From IMG/VR virus record IMGVR_UViG_3300037468_000371, positions 8,723 to 72,722 of that record: 64,000 bases of DNA, one strand, 5' to 3'. Made by a program: the position numbers and the translations under genes. Position 1 is the stretch's first letter. Each line of letters starts with the position of its first letter. This document shows, one piece after another, positions 30,091 to 39,210 of this stretch. This stretch comes from a virus. The notes below the pieces were generated by a model that saw only the letters and a program-made list of their open reading frames with translations, did not search any database and was not told the origin of the DNA.

Positions 30091-31238
30091 TGAAGACGAT
30101 AGCGGGTCGTACCGTCAACGAAGTCTACCCGCTGGTGATGTGGCTGATCGGTGAGGATGGCATCCGCACCACAAGCCGTAACGGCCCGGTTCTGCAGCTG
30201 CCCGGGCCGCTCACGATCACCACGGCCGCGCCGGGCGCTCGCGTGTTGTTCGACACCGCCCGGGACGCGAACCCGTTCTTCCACGTGGCCGAGGCCATCT
30301 GGATGCTCGCGGGCCGGGACGACGTGGAGTGGCCGGCGCGGTTCGTGCCGCGGATGCTCACGTACTCGGACGATGGCCGCACGTTGCACGGTGCCTACGG
30401 TGCCCGCTGGAGGTGCTGGGACAACGCGGACTACCGCGCCGAGCCGATCGACCAGCTCGTCGAGATCATCCAGATGCTGCGCGATGATCCGTGGACCCGC
30501 CGCGCGGTGCTCGGGTTCTGGAATCCTGCCACCGACCTAGCGATGGCTCGCTCGGGCGGTCGCGACGTGCCGTGCAACCTGACCGCGACATTCCAGGCTG
30601 CGGCGGACTGGAATGGCAACGGCAGCCCGCGCATCGACATGACGGTGTTCCAGCGTTCCGGCGATCTGATCTGGGGCGTCACGGGGGCGAACGCCGTCCA
30701 CCTGTCGATGCTGCACGAGTTCGTCGCCCGCGGCGCCGGGGGATGGCAGGGACGGATGCATCAGGTGGTCGTGAACCCTCACGTGTACTGTGATATCTAC
30801 GAGCGGATCATGGCGCGGTCCCCTCACCTGCGCGACAGCGCCCGAGCGGCGCTCGCCTCGGTGTCGGACCCGTACTTCGCCGATAGCCAGCGCCCGCTGA
30901 CGCAGCTGCTGTGGCCGGACGAGGAGAGCGAGATCCCGAGTGGGCGGAGCGAGATGTGCGGACACGAGATGTTCACCCGGGGCTGTCACGAGTTCCTGAA
31001 GAACGACTGGCCCGACAACCATCCGTTCCTTCCGTGGTTCAAGAAGGTGGCGCTTCCGCTGCGCGAGTCGTACTTCGCGTACCGGCGCGCTCGGGCCAAC
31101 GGCTTGACCCCGGCGGCGGCTGCGCCGATCGGCTTGGGGCTCCTGAGCGGGATGGATCCGATGGGCGACTGGTACCTTGCGGCGCGGAACTGGTTCGCGC
31201 GCCGCGCCGAGGCAACGAAGGAGACAGACAGTGAGTGA
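30090..31238 (+). CDS. Thymidylate synthase-superfamily enzyme, probable dUMP hydroxymethylase
   Basis: SRNG, RDANPFFH.AE..WML.GR.D, GAYG.RW, DQL, TRRAVL, DVPCN, RSGD..WG..GAN (Asn at the dUMP-specifying position). Confidence 0.85.
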   Translation: MKTIAGRTVNEVYPLVMWLIGEDGIRTTSRNGPVLQLPGPLTITTAAPGARVLFDTARDANPFFHVAEAIWMLAGRDDVEWPARFVPRMLTYSDDGRTLHGAYGARWRCWDNADYRAEPIDQLVEIIQMLRDDPWTRRAVLGFWNPATDLAMARSGGRDVPCNLTATFQAAADWNGNGSPRIDMTVFQRSGDLIWGVTGANAVHLSMLHEFVARGAGGWQGRMHQVVVNPHVYCDIYERIMARSPHLRDSARAALASVSDPYFADSQRPLTQLLWPDEESEIPSGRSEMCGHEMFTRGCHEFLKNDWPDNHPFLPWFKKVALPLRESYFAYRRARANGLTPAAAAPIGLGLLSGMDPMGDWYLAARNWFARRAEATKETDSE

Positions 31239-31956
31239 AGACAGAGCAGGCGATGCGAGCATGGACTACCTGAGGCACCTCGTCGCGATCGCCGACAAGG
31301 ACGTCGAGGTCTTGCGCCAGAAGGAGCGCACCTACCGCGGCTCGTGGAAGAAGCGCGGCGGGGCCGGAGCATTCCACATGCTGGCGCGGAAGTGGGACCG
31401 GCTCGAGAACATCGCGAACGGCTCCGGCGGCGACATCTTCCAGGCCATCGACGACGACTGGAAGCTGCACGGCCCGGGCTCGCCGGACGGGACGGCGCTG
31501 GCCGAAGTCCAGGATCTGCGCCGGTACCTGATGCTCGTGGAAGCTGAGATGATCCAGCGCAGCGGCGTGGACATCGACATCGACGCGGACGGCGGCGGCG
31601 TGTCCGTGGACACGACGGCGTTCGGATACCCGGACTGCTTCCGGAACATCAAGTTCGCCGCCGCCGGGCCGCTCGTGCAGCATCCGGACTTCCCGGTGGA
31701 CGAGCGCGAGATGGCCGAGGACGCCGCCGAGCAGGAGCGCTACTACCGGGGCCGGGGCGCGCGGCGCGCCGCGGACCGGGAGCGCTCGCTCGCCGAGGAG
31801 GCGCTCGGCCTGCTGCCGAAGCTTCGCTCGGCGCTCGAAGACGCGCACCGGAAGAAGGAGTACGACCCCGCGGTGCAGCGGGGCATCATGCTGCTGCAGG
31901 AGATCATCCACTCCATCGAACGGGCGTACGTCCCGCCGAGCGCCCGCGGCATCTGA
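31231..31956 (+). CDS. Nucleotide modification associated domain 1 (Nmad1/DUF1599-like) protein
   Basis: K...Y.GSWKKRGG.GAF.MLARKWDRLEN...DLRRYL.LVEAE; adjacent to the TS-like gene. Confidence 0.7.
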   Translation: MSEDRAGDASMDYLRHLVAIADKDVEVLRQKERTYRGSWKKRGGAGAFHMLARKWDRLENIANGSGGDIFQAIDDDWKLHGPGSPDGTALAEVQDLRRYLMLVEAEMIQRSGVDIDIDADGGGVSVDTTAFGYPDCFRNIKFAAAGPLVQHPDFPVDEREMAEDAAEQERYYRGRGARRAADRERSLAEEALGLLPKLRSALEDAHRKKEYDPAVQRGIMLLQEIIHSIERAYVPPSARGI

Positions 31957-31980
31957 ACACGAGAGAGGAGACAGACAGAG

Positions 31981-33321
31981 ATGAAGGCTCCAACGATTCA
32001 CCCGCCGGCCGCGCGCCTCGGCATTCTGTTCGCCGGGCTCGGCGCGGTAGCCACAACGACAATCGCCGGCATCATCATGGGCCGGCTCCACCCCGGGATG
32101 GCGCTGATCGGCTCGCTGACCGAGATGCAGCGCATCCGGCTCGGCACCGGGCCGGACCGCCGGAACCCGCTGATCAAGGAGCTGCTGCCGCTCGCCCCGC
32201 TCGACTCGATGGTGTTCGGAGCGTGGGACCCGATCGGAGACAGCGCCTACGAAGCCGCGCTCCGGGCCGGAGTGCTGAGCGATCTGCATCTGGAATCGGT
32301 GCAGCCTGATCTGGACCAGATCGAACCGATGTCCGCGGTGTTCTCGAGCGACTGGGTGCGCCGCCTCGCCAGCGAGGCCAACAACGTCAAGCCCGCGAGC
32401 GCGGGCCGGGACACCGGGATGGCGATCGTCGATGCGCTCTGCTCCGACATCGAACGGTTCCGCGTCGCTCACGGCAACTGCCCGGTCGTGGTCGTTTGGA
32501 CTGGCTCGACCGAGTCACACAGCCTGTCGTACCCCGAGCGGGACGGGGATCTGGTGGCGCTGCGCCACGAGTTCGAGACCAAGCAGGCCGGCGGCCCGCT
32601 GGCGCACACGCCGCCGTCGATGTTCTACGCCTACGCCGCGGCGCTCTGCGGCGCGCCGTTCATCAACGCCTCGCCGAACCTGTGCATGGATACCGTGGCC
32701 ATGCTCGAAGCCTCGCTGGTGCTGAACGCGCCCGTGGCCGGCAAGGACCTGAAGACGGGCCAGACCCTGATGAAGACCGTTCTGGCCCCCGCGCTGAAGG
32801 CCCGCTCGCTCGGGCTGGCCGGCTGGTTCTCGACAAACATCCTCGGGAACCGCGACGGTCAGGTGCTGGACGATCCAGCGGCGTTCCGCACTAAGGAGGA
32901 GTCGAAGCTGGGCGTGCTGCAGTCCATCCTGGATCCGGACATGTATCCCGAGCTCTATGAGGACGCGTACCACAAGGTACGGATCGAGTACTACCCGCCG
33001 CGCGGGGACGCGAAGGAGGGATGGGACAACATCGACCTGGTCGGTTGGCTCGGCTACCCGATGCAGCTGAAGGTGAACTTCCTGTGCCGCGACTCGATCC
33101 TGGCCGCGCCGCTCGTTCTGGACCTGATCCGACTGATCGATCTGGCGCGCCGGGCCAACCTTGCCGGAGTGCAGGAATGGCTCAGCTTCTACTTCAAGTC
33201 CCCCGTGGTGTACCCGGGTGGAATCGCAGAGCACGACCTGTTCATCCAGCACCGCAAGCTGAAGAACTTCTTGCGCATGCTCGCTGGCCACGCGCCGCTG
33301 ACGCATGCCGAAGAGGGGTGA
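31981..33321 (+). CDS. ino1: myo-inositol-1-phosphate synthase
   Basis: GLGAVATT Rossmann motif, WTGSTE, NASPN, GKDLKTGQTLMKT, STNILGNRDG, KEESK, GDAKEGWD, RDSILAAPLVLDL, LSFYFKSP. Confidence 0.95.
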   Translation: MKAPTIHPPAARLGILFAGLGAVATTTIAGIIMGRLHPGMALIGSLTEMQRIRLGTGPDRRNPLIKELLPLAPLDSMVFGAWDPIGDSAYEAALRAGVLSDLHLESVQPDLDQIEPMSAVFSSDWVRRLASEANNVKPASAGRDTGMAIVDALCSDIERFRVAHGNCPVVVVWTGSTESHSLSYPERDGDLVALRHEFETKQAGGPLAHTPPSMFYAYAAALCGAPFINASPNLCMDTVAMLEASLVLNAPVAGKDLKTGQTLMKTVLAPALKARSLGLAGWFSTNILGNRDGQVLDDPAAFRTKEESKLGVLQSILDPDMYPELYEDAYHKVRIEYYPPRGDAKEGWDNIDLVGWLGYPMQLKVNFLCRDSILAAPLVLDLIRLIDLARRANLAGVQEWLSFYFKSPVVYPGGIAEHDLFIQHRKLKNFLRMLAGHAPLTHAEEG

Positions 33322-33332
33322 GGGCGAACGCC

Positions 33333-34406
33333 ATGCCCCGAGGAGTGTACCCACGCCAACCGCGCGACCCGAACCGGCCGAAGAAGGAGCGGAAGCCGCG
33401 CCAACCGCGCGACCCGAACCGGCCGCGGAAGGAGCGGAAGCCACGCCAACCGCGCGACCCGAACCGGCCGCGGAAGGAGCGGAAGCCGCATGAGGTGAAG
33501 CGCGACGCAGACGGTCGCGTCAAGAAGTACGCACGGGGCGCGGGGTTAGTCCCGGCCATCAGGACGCCGGCCGTGGCGCGCCCGCCATTCATCCTGGAGA
33601 TCCGCGGGGCCGGCGGCTCGGGCAAGACCACAGTAGCCCGCGCCGTGATGTCCCGTTACGCTTCGGGGCGGCCGATGCAGTTGCACGAGCCGTGGGAGCT
33701 GGAGACGCTGGAGAAGGGCCGTCGAGTCTGGTGGGGAAGCGGCGCGCTGCTCAAGCCGGGCGCCACGCTGACACACCGTGGCACAGTAGCGCGGGTGAAC
33801 AACCGGGTGTACGGGCACCTGCTCGAACGGCACGACGAGCATGGGCGTATCGCCGGCCGGCCGCTTCTGGCCGTGGGCAAGTACGCGAAGGACTGCGGCG
33901 GCGTGGACACGGTAGCGAACATGGACGTGGCCTACGAGATTATCCGCCGCTACCACGAGCTGGGGTTCGACGTCCTGGCCGAGGGCAAGGTCCTTTCCCA
34001 CTCGACGAACGAGCGGCCCCTGCGCTTCAAGGATCACCTGGTTGTGATCTTCTTGGAAGTCACCGAGGAGTTCTCGTTCGAGAACCAGGTGAAGCGCCGC
34101 ACCGAGAGCGGCTCAGAGACGGATATGGCGAAGCTGGAATCGATCCGCTCGAACGCGCGGGCCGAAGTCCGCGCCGCCCGATCGTTCGCGCGCCGCCTCG
34201 GCGAAGAGGGCGTGGAGGTCTTCCCGACCGACTCGCACGAGGCCGCCGTGCAGTACGCGCTGGAACGGCTCGGGCTCGAGAATGCGCCGATCCACGAGGA
34301 CTTCTGGGAGCTGTTCGAGATGCCCCCGGAAAGCGACGGCCGCTCGCGGCCGCGCGGCCCCCGCTACGGAGACAGGGACCCGGATCCGCAGGTGACGCTG
34401 TGGTAA
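33333..34406 (+). CDS. P-loop nucleotide kinase of DNA-modification loci with basic N-terminal repeats
   Basis: IRGAGGSGKTT, GKY...CGGVDTV, LAEG. Confidence 0.75.
   Translation: MPRGVYPRQPRDPNRPKKERKPRQPRDPNRPRKERKPRQPRDPNRPRKERKPHEVKRDADGRVKKYARGAGLVPAIRTPAVARPPFILEIRGAGGSGKTTVARAVMSRYASGRPMQLHEPWELETLEKGRRVWWGSGALLKPGATLTHRGTVARVNNRVYGHLLERHDEHGRIAGRPLLAVGKYAKDCGGVDTVANMDVAYEIIRRYHELGFDVLAEGKVLSHSTNERPLRFKDHLVVIFLEVTEEFSFENQVKRRTESGSETDMAKLESIRSNARAEVRAARSFARRLGEEGVEVFPTDSHEAAVQYALERLGLENAPIHEDFWELFEMPPESDGRSRPRGPRYGDRDPDPQVTLW
33351..33485 (+). repeat. 3 x 45-bp tandem repeat encoding PRQPRDPNRP(K/R)KERK
   Basis: Near-identical units at 33351-33395, 33396-33440 and 33441-33485. Confidence 0.95.
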
Positions 34407-35338
34407 ACGCCCTGAACGCCGATGGAACGCCGCGGATGAACCCCGAGCACATCAACGGCTTCTTCTCGACGGCGCGCGAGCGCTACTCTATCCTGCTGCG
34501 GCGCCGCGCGGGCGCGCCGTGGCCGTGGACCGAGGACCCGGTCTTCCTCCGCTGGCGATTCTGCAACGTACACCGCGAGGACGACCGCACGACCCGCTGG
34601 TTCGCCCGCGAAGTTCGCGGCCCGCTGGCCGCGAACCCGCGCGCCGTGTACCGCGCAACGGTGGCTTTCCGCTGGTACAACCGCATCGAGACCGGCTCGC
34701 TGCTCAGGCCGTGGCTGCTCGCGGACGAGTGGCCGTTGCGCAAGGTGCTGAACCGCCTGAAGCGGAACAGCCCGCCGTACGTCACGGGTGCGTACATCGT
34801 CCAGGGCCTTCGTGGCTACAAGAAGGCCGAGGGCGTTGCGCGGGCAATCGACGAGTTCAGGCGCACGGGGCCGCGCATCGACGACATCACGGCCGAGGGG
34901 ACCCTCCAGGCCGCGCACTGGTTGATCGCATCGCGCGTCCGGGCGCAGGGGACCTTCACGGCCTACGAAGTGGTCACCGACCTGCGCCACACCTGCGCCC
35001 TGTGTGAAGCCCCGGACATCTTCGGCTGGTGCTATGTCGGCCCCGGCGCCCGGCGGGGCCTGAGCCGCCTGTTGTTCGGGCATCCCGATGGGCTCGGGAA
35101 CCCGAGCAGCGATCGGTTCACCGTGTCCGCGTACGAGCTGGGGCTCTGCCAAGACCTGCTCGCTCTGGCGCGCATCGAATCCTATTGGCCGGCGGAGTGG
35201 CCTGCGTGGGAGATGCGCGAAGTGGAGCACTGGCTGTGCGAATACGACAAGTACGAGCGCGGCGCTGCGATCCTGGCCGGCCGTCCCGGCTCGATGAAGC
35301 GCCGCTACCTAGAGAAAGAACGCAAGGAGCTGATCTGA
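34400..35338 (+). CDS. 5-hmdU DNA kinase (aGPT-Pplase1 family)
   Basis: WTEDP....RFCNVHREDDRTTRW, FRWYN, GAYI, F.AYEVVTDL, GPGARRGL, EVEHWLCEYDKY. Start is GTG 34400 or ATG 34436. Confidence 0.85.
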   Translation: MVNALNADGTPRMNPEHINGFFSTARERYSILLRRRAGAPWPWTEDPVFLRWRFCNVHREDDRTTRWFAREVRGPLAANPRAVYRATVAFRWYNRIETGSLLRPWLLADEWPLRKVLNRLKRNSPPYVTGAYIVQGLRGYKKAEGVARAIDEFRRTGPRIDDITAEGTLQAAHWLIASRVRAQGTFTAYEVVTDLRHTCALCEAPDIFGWCYVGPGARRGLSRLLFGHPDGLGNPSSDRFTVSAYELGLCQDLLALARIESYWPAEWPAWEMREVEHWLCEYDKYERGAAILAGRPGSMKRRYLEKERKELI

Positions 35339-35823
35339 TGGCACGAGAAGATGGGATCGAGGAGATGCCGGCGCTCGTTCGCGCCGAACTGCCGGATCGC
35401 GTGACGCTCCTGGTCGAGAAGTCACGGGAGCTGGACCGGAAGAAGGCAGAGCTGTCGGAGCTGACCGATGAGATCCGCGCGCTGAAGAACCAGATCCAGG
35501 AGGAGTTCATCGCCGCCGGAATGCGGCAGGTCAAGACCTCCGATGGCGCGACGGTGTTCCTCGAACGGCGCGAGTACCTTTCGGTGCGCCCGCTCGACGG
35601 CGAGACTTCGATGGAGGCTCAGCAGCGCGCCGCCGGGGCGTTGGGCGAAGCCGGGCTGGACTTCCTGGTGCAGACCGCCATCAAGATCGACCTCACGGGC
35701 CTGCGCGCTCACTTCGATGAGCTGCTCGCCACGGGTGACGATACGCAGCAGCAGATCGCCACGGGGCTGAAGTCGATGTTCGACTCGGCCGAGGTCTTCG
35801 ACATCAAGGTTCGTAGGCGCTGA
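35338..35823 (+). CDS. Phage coiled-coil protein typical of replication modules
   Basis: N-terminal coiled coil, C-terminal I.VRR; TGATG coupling. Confidence 0.6.
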   Translation: MAREDGIEEMPALVRAELPDRVTLLVEKSRELDRKKAELSELTDEIRALKNQIQEEFIAAGMRQVKTSDGATVFLERREYLSVRPLDGETSMEAQQRAAGALGEAGLDFLVQTAIKIDLTGLRAHFDELLATGDDTQQQIATGLKSMFDSAEVFDIKVRRR

Positions 35824-35927
35824 TCGATCAGCGCCCGATGCCCGCTCGGCCCGAGTGCGCGGTTGGCGGCCGCGGCCGGAGCATCGAAGAAAAGAAGCCA
35901 ACCGCGCAACATGAACGGAGGCGAAGC

Positions 35928-36221
35928 ATGAGCACCAAGAAGGAAGCGAAGGAACCGGCCGCGCGGCACGAGCAGGGGGGCATCCTCATCAGCCTTCCGG
36001 CCCGTCTCATCCGCGACATCCCGACGGTCGCCGCCGGGGCGAACATGAAGGTGGCCGAGCTGTTCCAGTCGCTGCGGCTGCGGGCCGAGGCCGCCGTGAA
36101 CAAGGAGCTGGGTTCGGTGACAGCGCAGGAGCTGGCGATCGAGATCATCGAGCGGCGGGCGATGCAGGCCGAGGAAGAGACGAAGCGGAAGATCGCCCTG
36201 CTGAAGGGCGAGGGGGTGTGA
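35928..36221 (+). CDS. Hypothetical small protein
   Basis: RBS GGAGG before ATG 35928. Confidence 0.6.
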   Translation: MSTKKEAKEPAARHEQGGILISLPARLIRDIPTVAAGANMKVAELFQSLRLRAEAAVNKELGSVTAQELAIEIIERRAMQAEEETKRKIALLKGEGV

Positions 36222-36222
36222 G

Positions 36223-36978
36223 ATGACTGCGAAGCCGAACGACGAGAAGGCCATCGCCCGAGTCGACGTCAGCACGCTGCTCCCGGCCGCTCTGGCCGAG
36301 GGCTTCGGCTCAGTCGGCGACATCATGCGGGACAACCTCGGCGGCGAGCCGCTGACTCCGTTCGATCTCGAGCGGATCAAGGTCCCGAGCGGCGGCGGGC
36401 AGTACTGGATGGTCGCCACGCCCGAGAAGCCCAACGGGACGCCGGTCGAGGACCTGAGTGGCGTGATCGTCTACCAGCGGCTCGGCCGTCAGTACTGGTC
36501 CGTGTCGATGGAGGAGGGCGGGGGCGGAACGCCGCCCGACTGCTCTTCGGAGGACGGTGTCACGGGCTCGGGCAATCCGGGCGGTTCCTGTCACGACTGT
36601 CCGATGGCGCAGTGGGGCTCGGCCTCCAAGGGCGGCCGCGGTCAGGCTTGCAAGTCGTCGCGGCTGCTGTTCGTCGTGTCGCCCGACTCGTTCCTGCCGC
36701 GCGTCGTCGTGGTTCCGCCCACGTCGCTCTCGGCCGTCAAGAAGTACATGACGCGACTCGCCTCCCTGGGCCGGCCGTTCTGGTCGGTCGTCACTCGGTT
36801 CCGTCTCGAGCGCGCCACGAACGCGCAGAACATCGCGTACTCGCGGATCGTACCCGAGCTGGATCAGGTCATCCCGACCGAGGCCGTGGGCCGAATCAAG
36901 GAGTACGCCGACGAGCTGCGCCCCGTGTTCACGCAGGTTCGCGTGGACCGCGGTGACATCGACGGCGACGCCGACTAG
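36223..36978 (+). CDS. ssDNA-binding/annealing-like phage protein
   Basis: RIKVPSGG, PPDC.S.DG, C..CP..QWGS, ACK..R.L, PPTS; acidic C-terminus. Confidence 0.55.
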   Translation: MTAKPNDEKAIARVDVSTLLPAALAEGFGSVGDIMRDNLGGEPLTPFDLERIKVPSGGGQYWMVATPEKPNGTPVEDLSGVIVYQRLGRQYWSVSMEEGGGGTPPDCSSEDGVTGSGNPGGSCHDCPMAQWGSASKGGRGQACKSSRLLFVVSPDSFLPRVVVVPPTSLSAVKKYMTRLASLGRPFWSVVTRFRLERATNAQNIAYSRIVPELDQVIPTEAVGRIKEYADELRPVFTQVRVDRGDIDGDAD

Positions 36979-36994
36979 TTCGCTGCCACGCGGG

Positions 36995-37021
36995 GCTCCC
37001 CCGGGCCTTGCCCGGGGGAGC
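36995..37021 (+). other. Perfect 12-bp GC hairpin after the SSB-like gene (attenuator/stabiliser)
   Basis: GCTCCCCCGGGC-CTT-GCCCGGGGGAGC; no strong U-tract. Confidence 0.55.
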
Positions 37022-37039
37022 TTCGGGGGCGATAGCGCG

Positions 37040-38734
37040 ATGGCCGAACAAGACGATGAACTCGGCGGGCAGGCGACTGACGACCGCAAGGTCTACCGGG
37101 TCGTGGGGCCGCCCGGCTGTGGCAAGACAACGTGGCTCGCCCGGCAGTGCGCCGCGGGCGTGCGCCACTACGGCTCGGCGGGCGTTCTTGTCAGCTCGCT
37201 GACCCGCGCGGCCGCGGCCGAAGCGGCCGGCCGAAACACGGGATTGGCCAAGGGGCAGGTCGGCACCCTGCACTCACACTGCTACCACTCGCTCGGGCGC
37301 CCGAAGATCATCGGCGGCGCGGAGCTGGCGCAGTGGAACCGGGACTTCCCCGAGTACCCGATGAGCGGCGTGACCGTAGGGGCCGCGGCCCTGGACGGCG
37401 ATTCGCTGTCGATCGGCGGCGCCGGCTCCGTCGAAGGGCAACGACGCGGCGACGAGATCATGATCCGCACGGACATGCTCCGCTCACGCAACGTACCGGT
37501 GATGGCGTGGCCGAACGATCTACAGGCGTTCCACCGCTCGTGGTCGGAGTTCAAGCGCACCTCCGAGGTCATGGACTTCACGGATCTGATAGAGCACGCC
37601 CGCGACAACATGGACCACGCGCCGGGCCGGCCCCGCCGGATCTTCATCGACGAGGCCCAGGACCTTTCGCGCCTGGAGCTGGACGTGATCGAGAAGTGGG
37701 CCGAGCACACGGACTCGACCGTCCTGGTCGGCGACGAGGGTCAGGCCCTTTACTCGTGGCGTGGCGCGTCGCCCGACGTGCTGGCCGGCGATCTGTTCCT
37801 CGTGCTGCGTCAGTCGTACCGTGTGCCTCACGCTGTGCAGCGACTGGCGATGCGCGTGGCGAAGGCTTCGGGCAGTTGGCGCGAAGAGACCGAGTACTTC
37901 CCGCGACGGACCGACGGAAACGAAGGCGAAATCGTCGAGGGAGAAGTCCTCCCGTCGTTCGGGATCACGTGGAGGCGCCCGGACCGCGTGCTGGATCTGA
38001 TCGAAGAGGCGGAGAAGGCCGGCGAGAACCTGATGATCCTCGCGACCTGCGCCTACCTCCTTGGGCCGACGCAGGCGTTGCTCGGCCGGAACGGCATCCG
38101 TTGGCACAACCCATTCTCGCGCCGCTTCAACCCGATCGGCGATAAGGCGCGCGAGTCTGCGGCGGCGATCGCATACCTCGGGCAGCCGGAAGCCGCGGGC
38201 TGGTCCGCGAAGCAGTTCGCTGCCGTTGTGCGGGCAATCCGCACCGTCTCACCCGACGAAGTCGCCTCGGGCGTCGACGGCGTGCTCCGCGGCGGGAAGA
38301 GCGCCGCTCTGCAGCTGCACGACCGTGCGGATGGGATGGAAGTCGCGCGGGCCGCCGTGCGGTGGCTTACGCCCGGGGCGCTGATGGCGTTGGAAGAGGG
38401 GGATATCGATTGGGCGATCGCGAACATTGGCCCAACCGCACCGGCGTCCATGGAGCTGGCTTTGCGGTCGATGCTGCGCCGCGGCCAGAACGCCCTCCAG
38501 GAAGAGCCTTCGGTCATCCTCGGGACGATCCATTCAGTCAAGGGCGGCGAGGCAACGCGCGTCCTGGTCTTCCCGGACATCTCGCCCCAAGCCGCCGTGC
38601 AGATCCGGCGGCCCGGTTGGGACGGCGCCGGGGCCGTGTTCCGCACGTTCTACGTCGGGGTGACCCGCGCCCGTGAGCGACTATACGTGGCCGGCCGCGC
38701 CAGCGCACTATCTGTTCCATTGATGAAGCTCTGA
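37040..38734 (+). CDS. UvrD/Rep-like SF1 helicase
   Basis: GPPGCGKTT, TLHS, IDEAQD, GD..QALY.WRGA, QSYR, TIHSVKGGEA, YVGVTRAR. Confidence 0.92.
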   Translation: MAEQDDELGGQATDDRKVYRVVGPPGCGKTTWLARQCAAGVRHYGSAGVLVSSLTRAAAAEAAGRNTGLAKGQVGTLHSHCYHSLGRPKIIGGAELAQWNRDFPEYPMSGVTVGAAALDGDSLSIGGAGSVEGQRRGDEIMIRTDMLRSRNVPVMAWPNDLQAFHRSWSEFKRTSEVMDFTDLIEHARDNMDHAPGRPRRIFIDEAQDLSRLELDVIEKWAEHTDSTVLVGDEGQALYSWRGASPDVLAGDLFLVLRQSYRVPHAVQRLAMRVAKASGSWREETEYFPRRTDGNEGEIVEGEVLPSFGITWRRPDRVLDLIEEAEKAGENLMILATCAYLLGPTQALLGRNGIRWHNPFSRRFNPIGDKARESAAAIAYLGQPEAAGWSAKQFAAVVRAIRTVSPDEVASGVDGVLRGGKSAALQLHDRADGMEVARAAVRWLTPGALMALEEGDIDWAIANIGPTAPASMELALRSMLRRGQNALQEEPSVILGTIHSVKGGEATRVLVFPDISPQAAVQIRRPGWDGAGAVFRTFYVGVTRARERLYVAGRASALSVPLMKL

Positions 38735-38754
38735 AAGGACGGTTCGAGATCGCC

Positions 38755-39210
38755 ATGCCAGGGACCGGGAAGATTCACAACCCGAGGGAGTCATCGGTCG
38801 GCCGCGACTTCCGCAAGAAGGCCACGGCGCAAGGGCTGAAGGTAATCAAGATCCACGGTGGTCCCTACCAGGAGAAGGGCCTCCCGGACTATCTCATCCG
38901 GCCCCGCCGCACGCTGAACCGCTTCCGCGGCGCCGGGGACCTGCGCATGGGGCGACCGTGCTGGGTCGAGCTGAAGAAGGTCGGGGGCCGGCCGCCGGAG
39001 GGCCTTCAGTTACACACGGCTGCGGAGCTGGCTGAGCGGGGCGACGTTGTCATCTTCGCCAACGATTCCGCCGCCGCGGTCGAGTGCATCATGGCTGAGC
39101 GCATCGGCGAACGAGAGATCGAGTGGCCCGGGCGCGGCGGCGTAATCGACCTGATCGGCATCGCGGACGAGTGGCTCAAGTCGTGCGGGATTTGGGCGGT
39201 GGTCCGATGA
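38755..39210 (+). CDS. VRR-NUC / PD-(D/E)XK nuclease
   Basis: E, KIHG, GLPD, WVELK, LQ motifs. Confidence 0.75.
   Translation: MPGTGKIHNPRESSVGRDFRKKATAQGLKVIKIHGGPYQEKGLPDYLIRPRRTLNRFRGAGDLRMGRPCWVELKKVGGRPPEGLQLHTAAELAERGDVVIFANDSAAAVECIMAERIGEREIEWPGRGGVIDLIGIADEWLKSCGIWAVVR

Noticed and set aside
35836-35908. HDV-like ribozyme interpretation of the pseudoknot
   Set aside because: Lacks the P3/L3, P1.1 and catalytic-C J4/2 elements.
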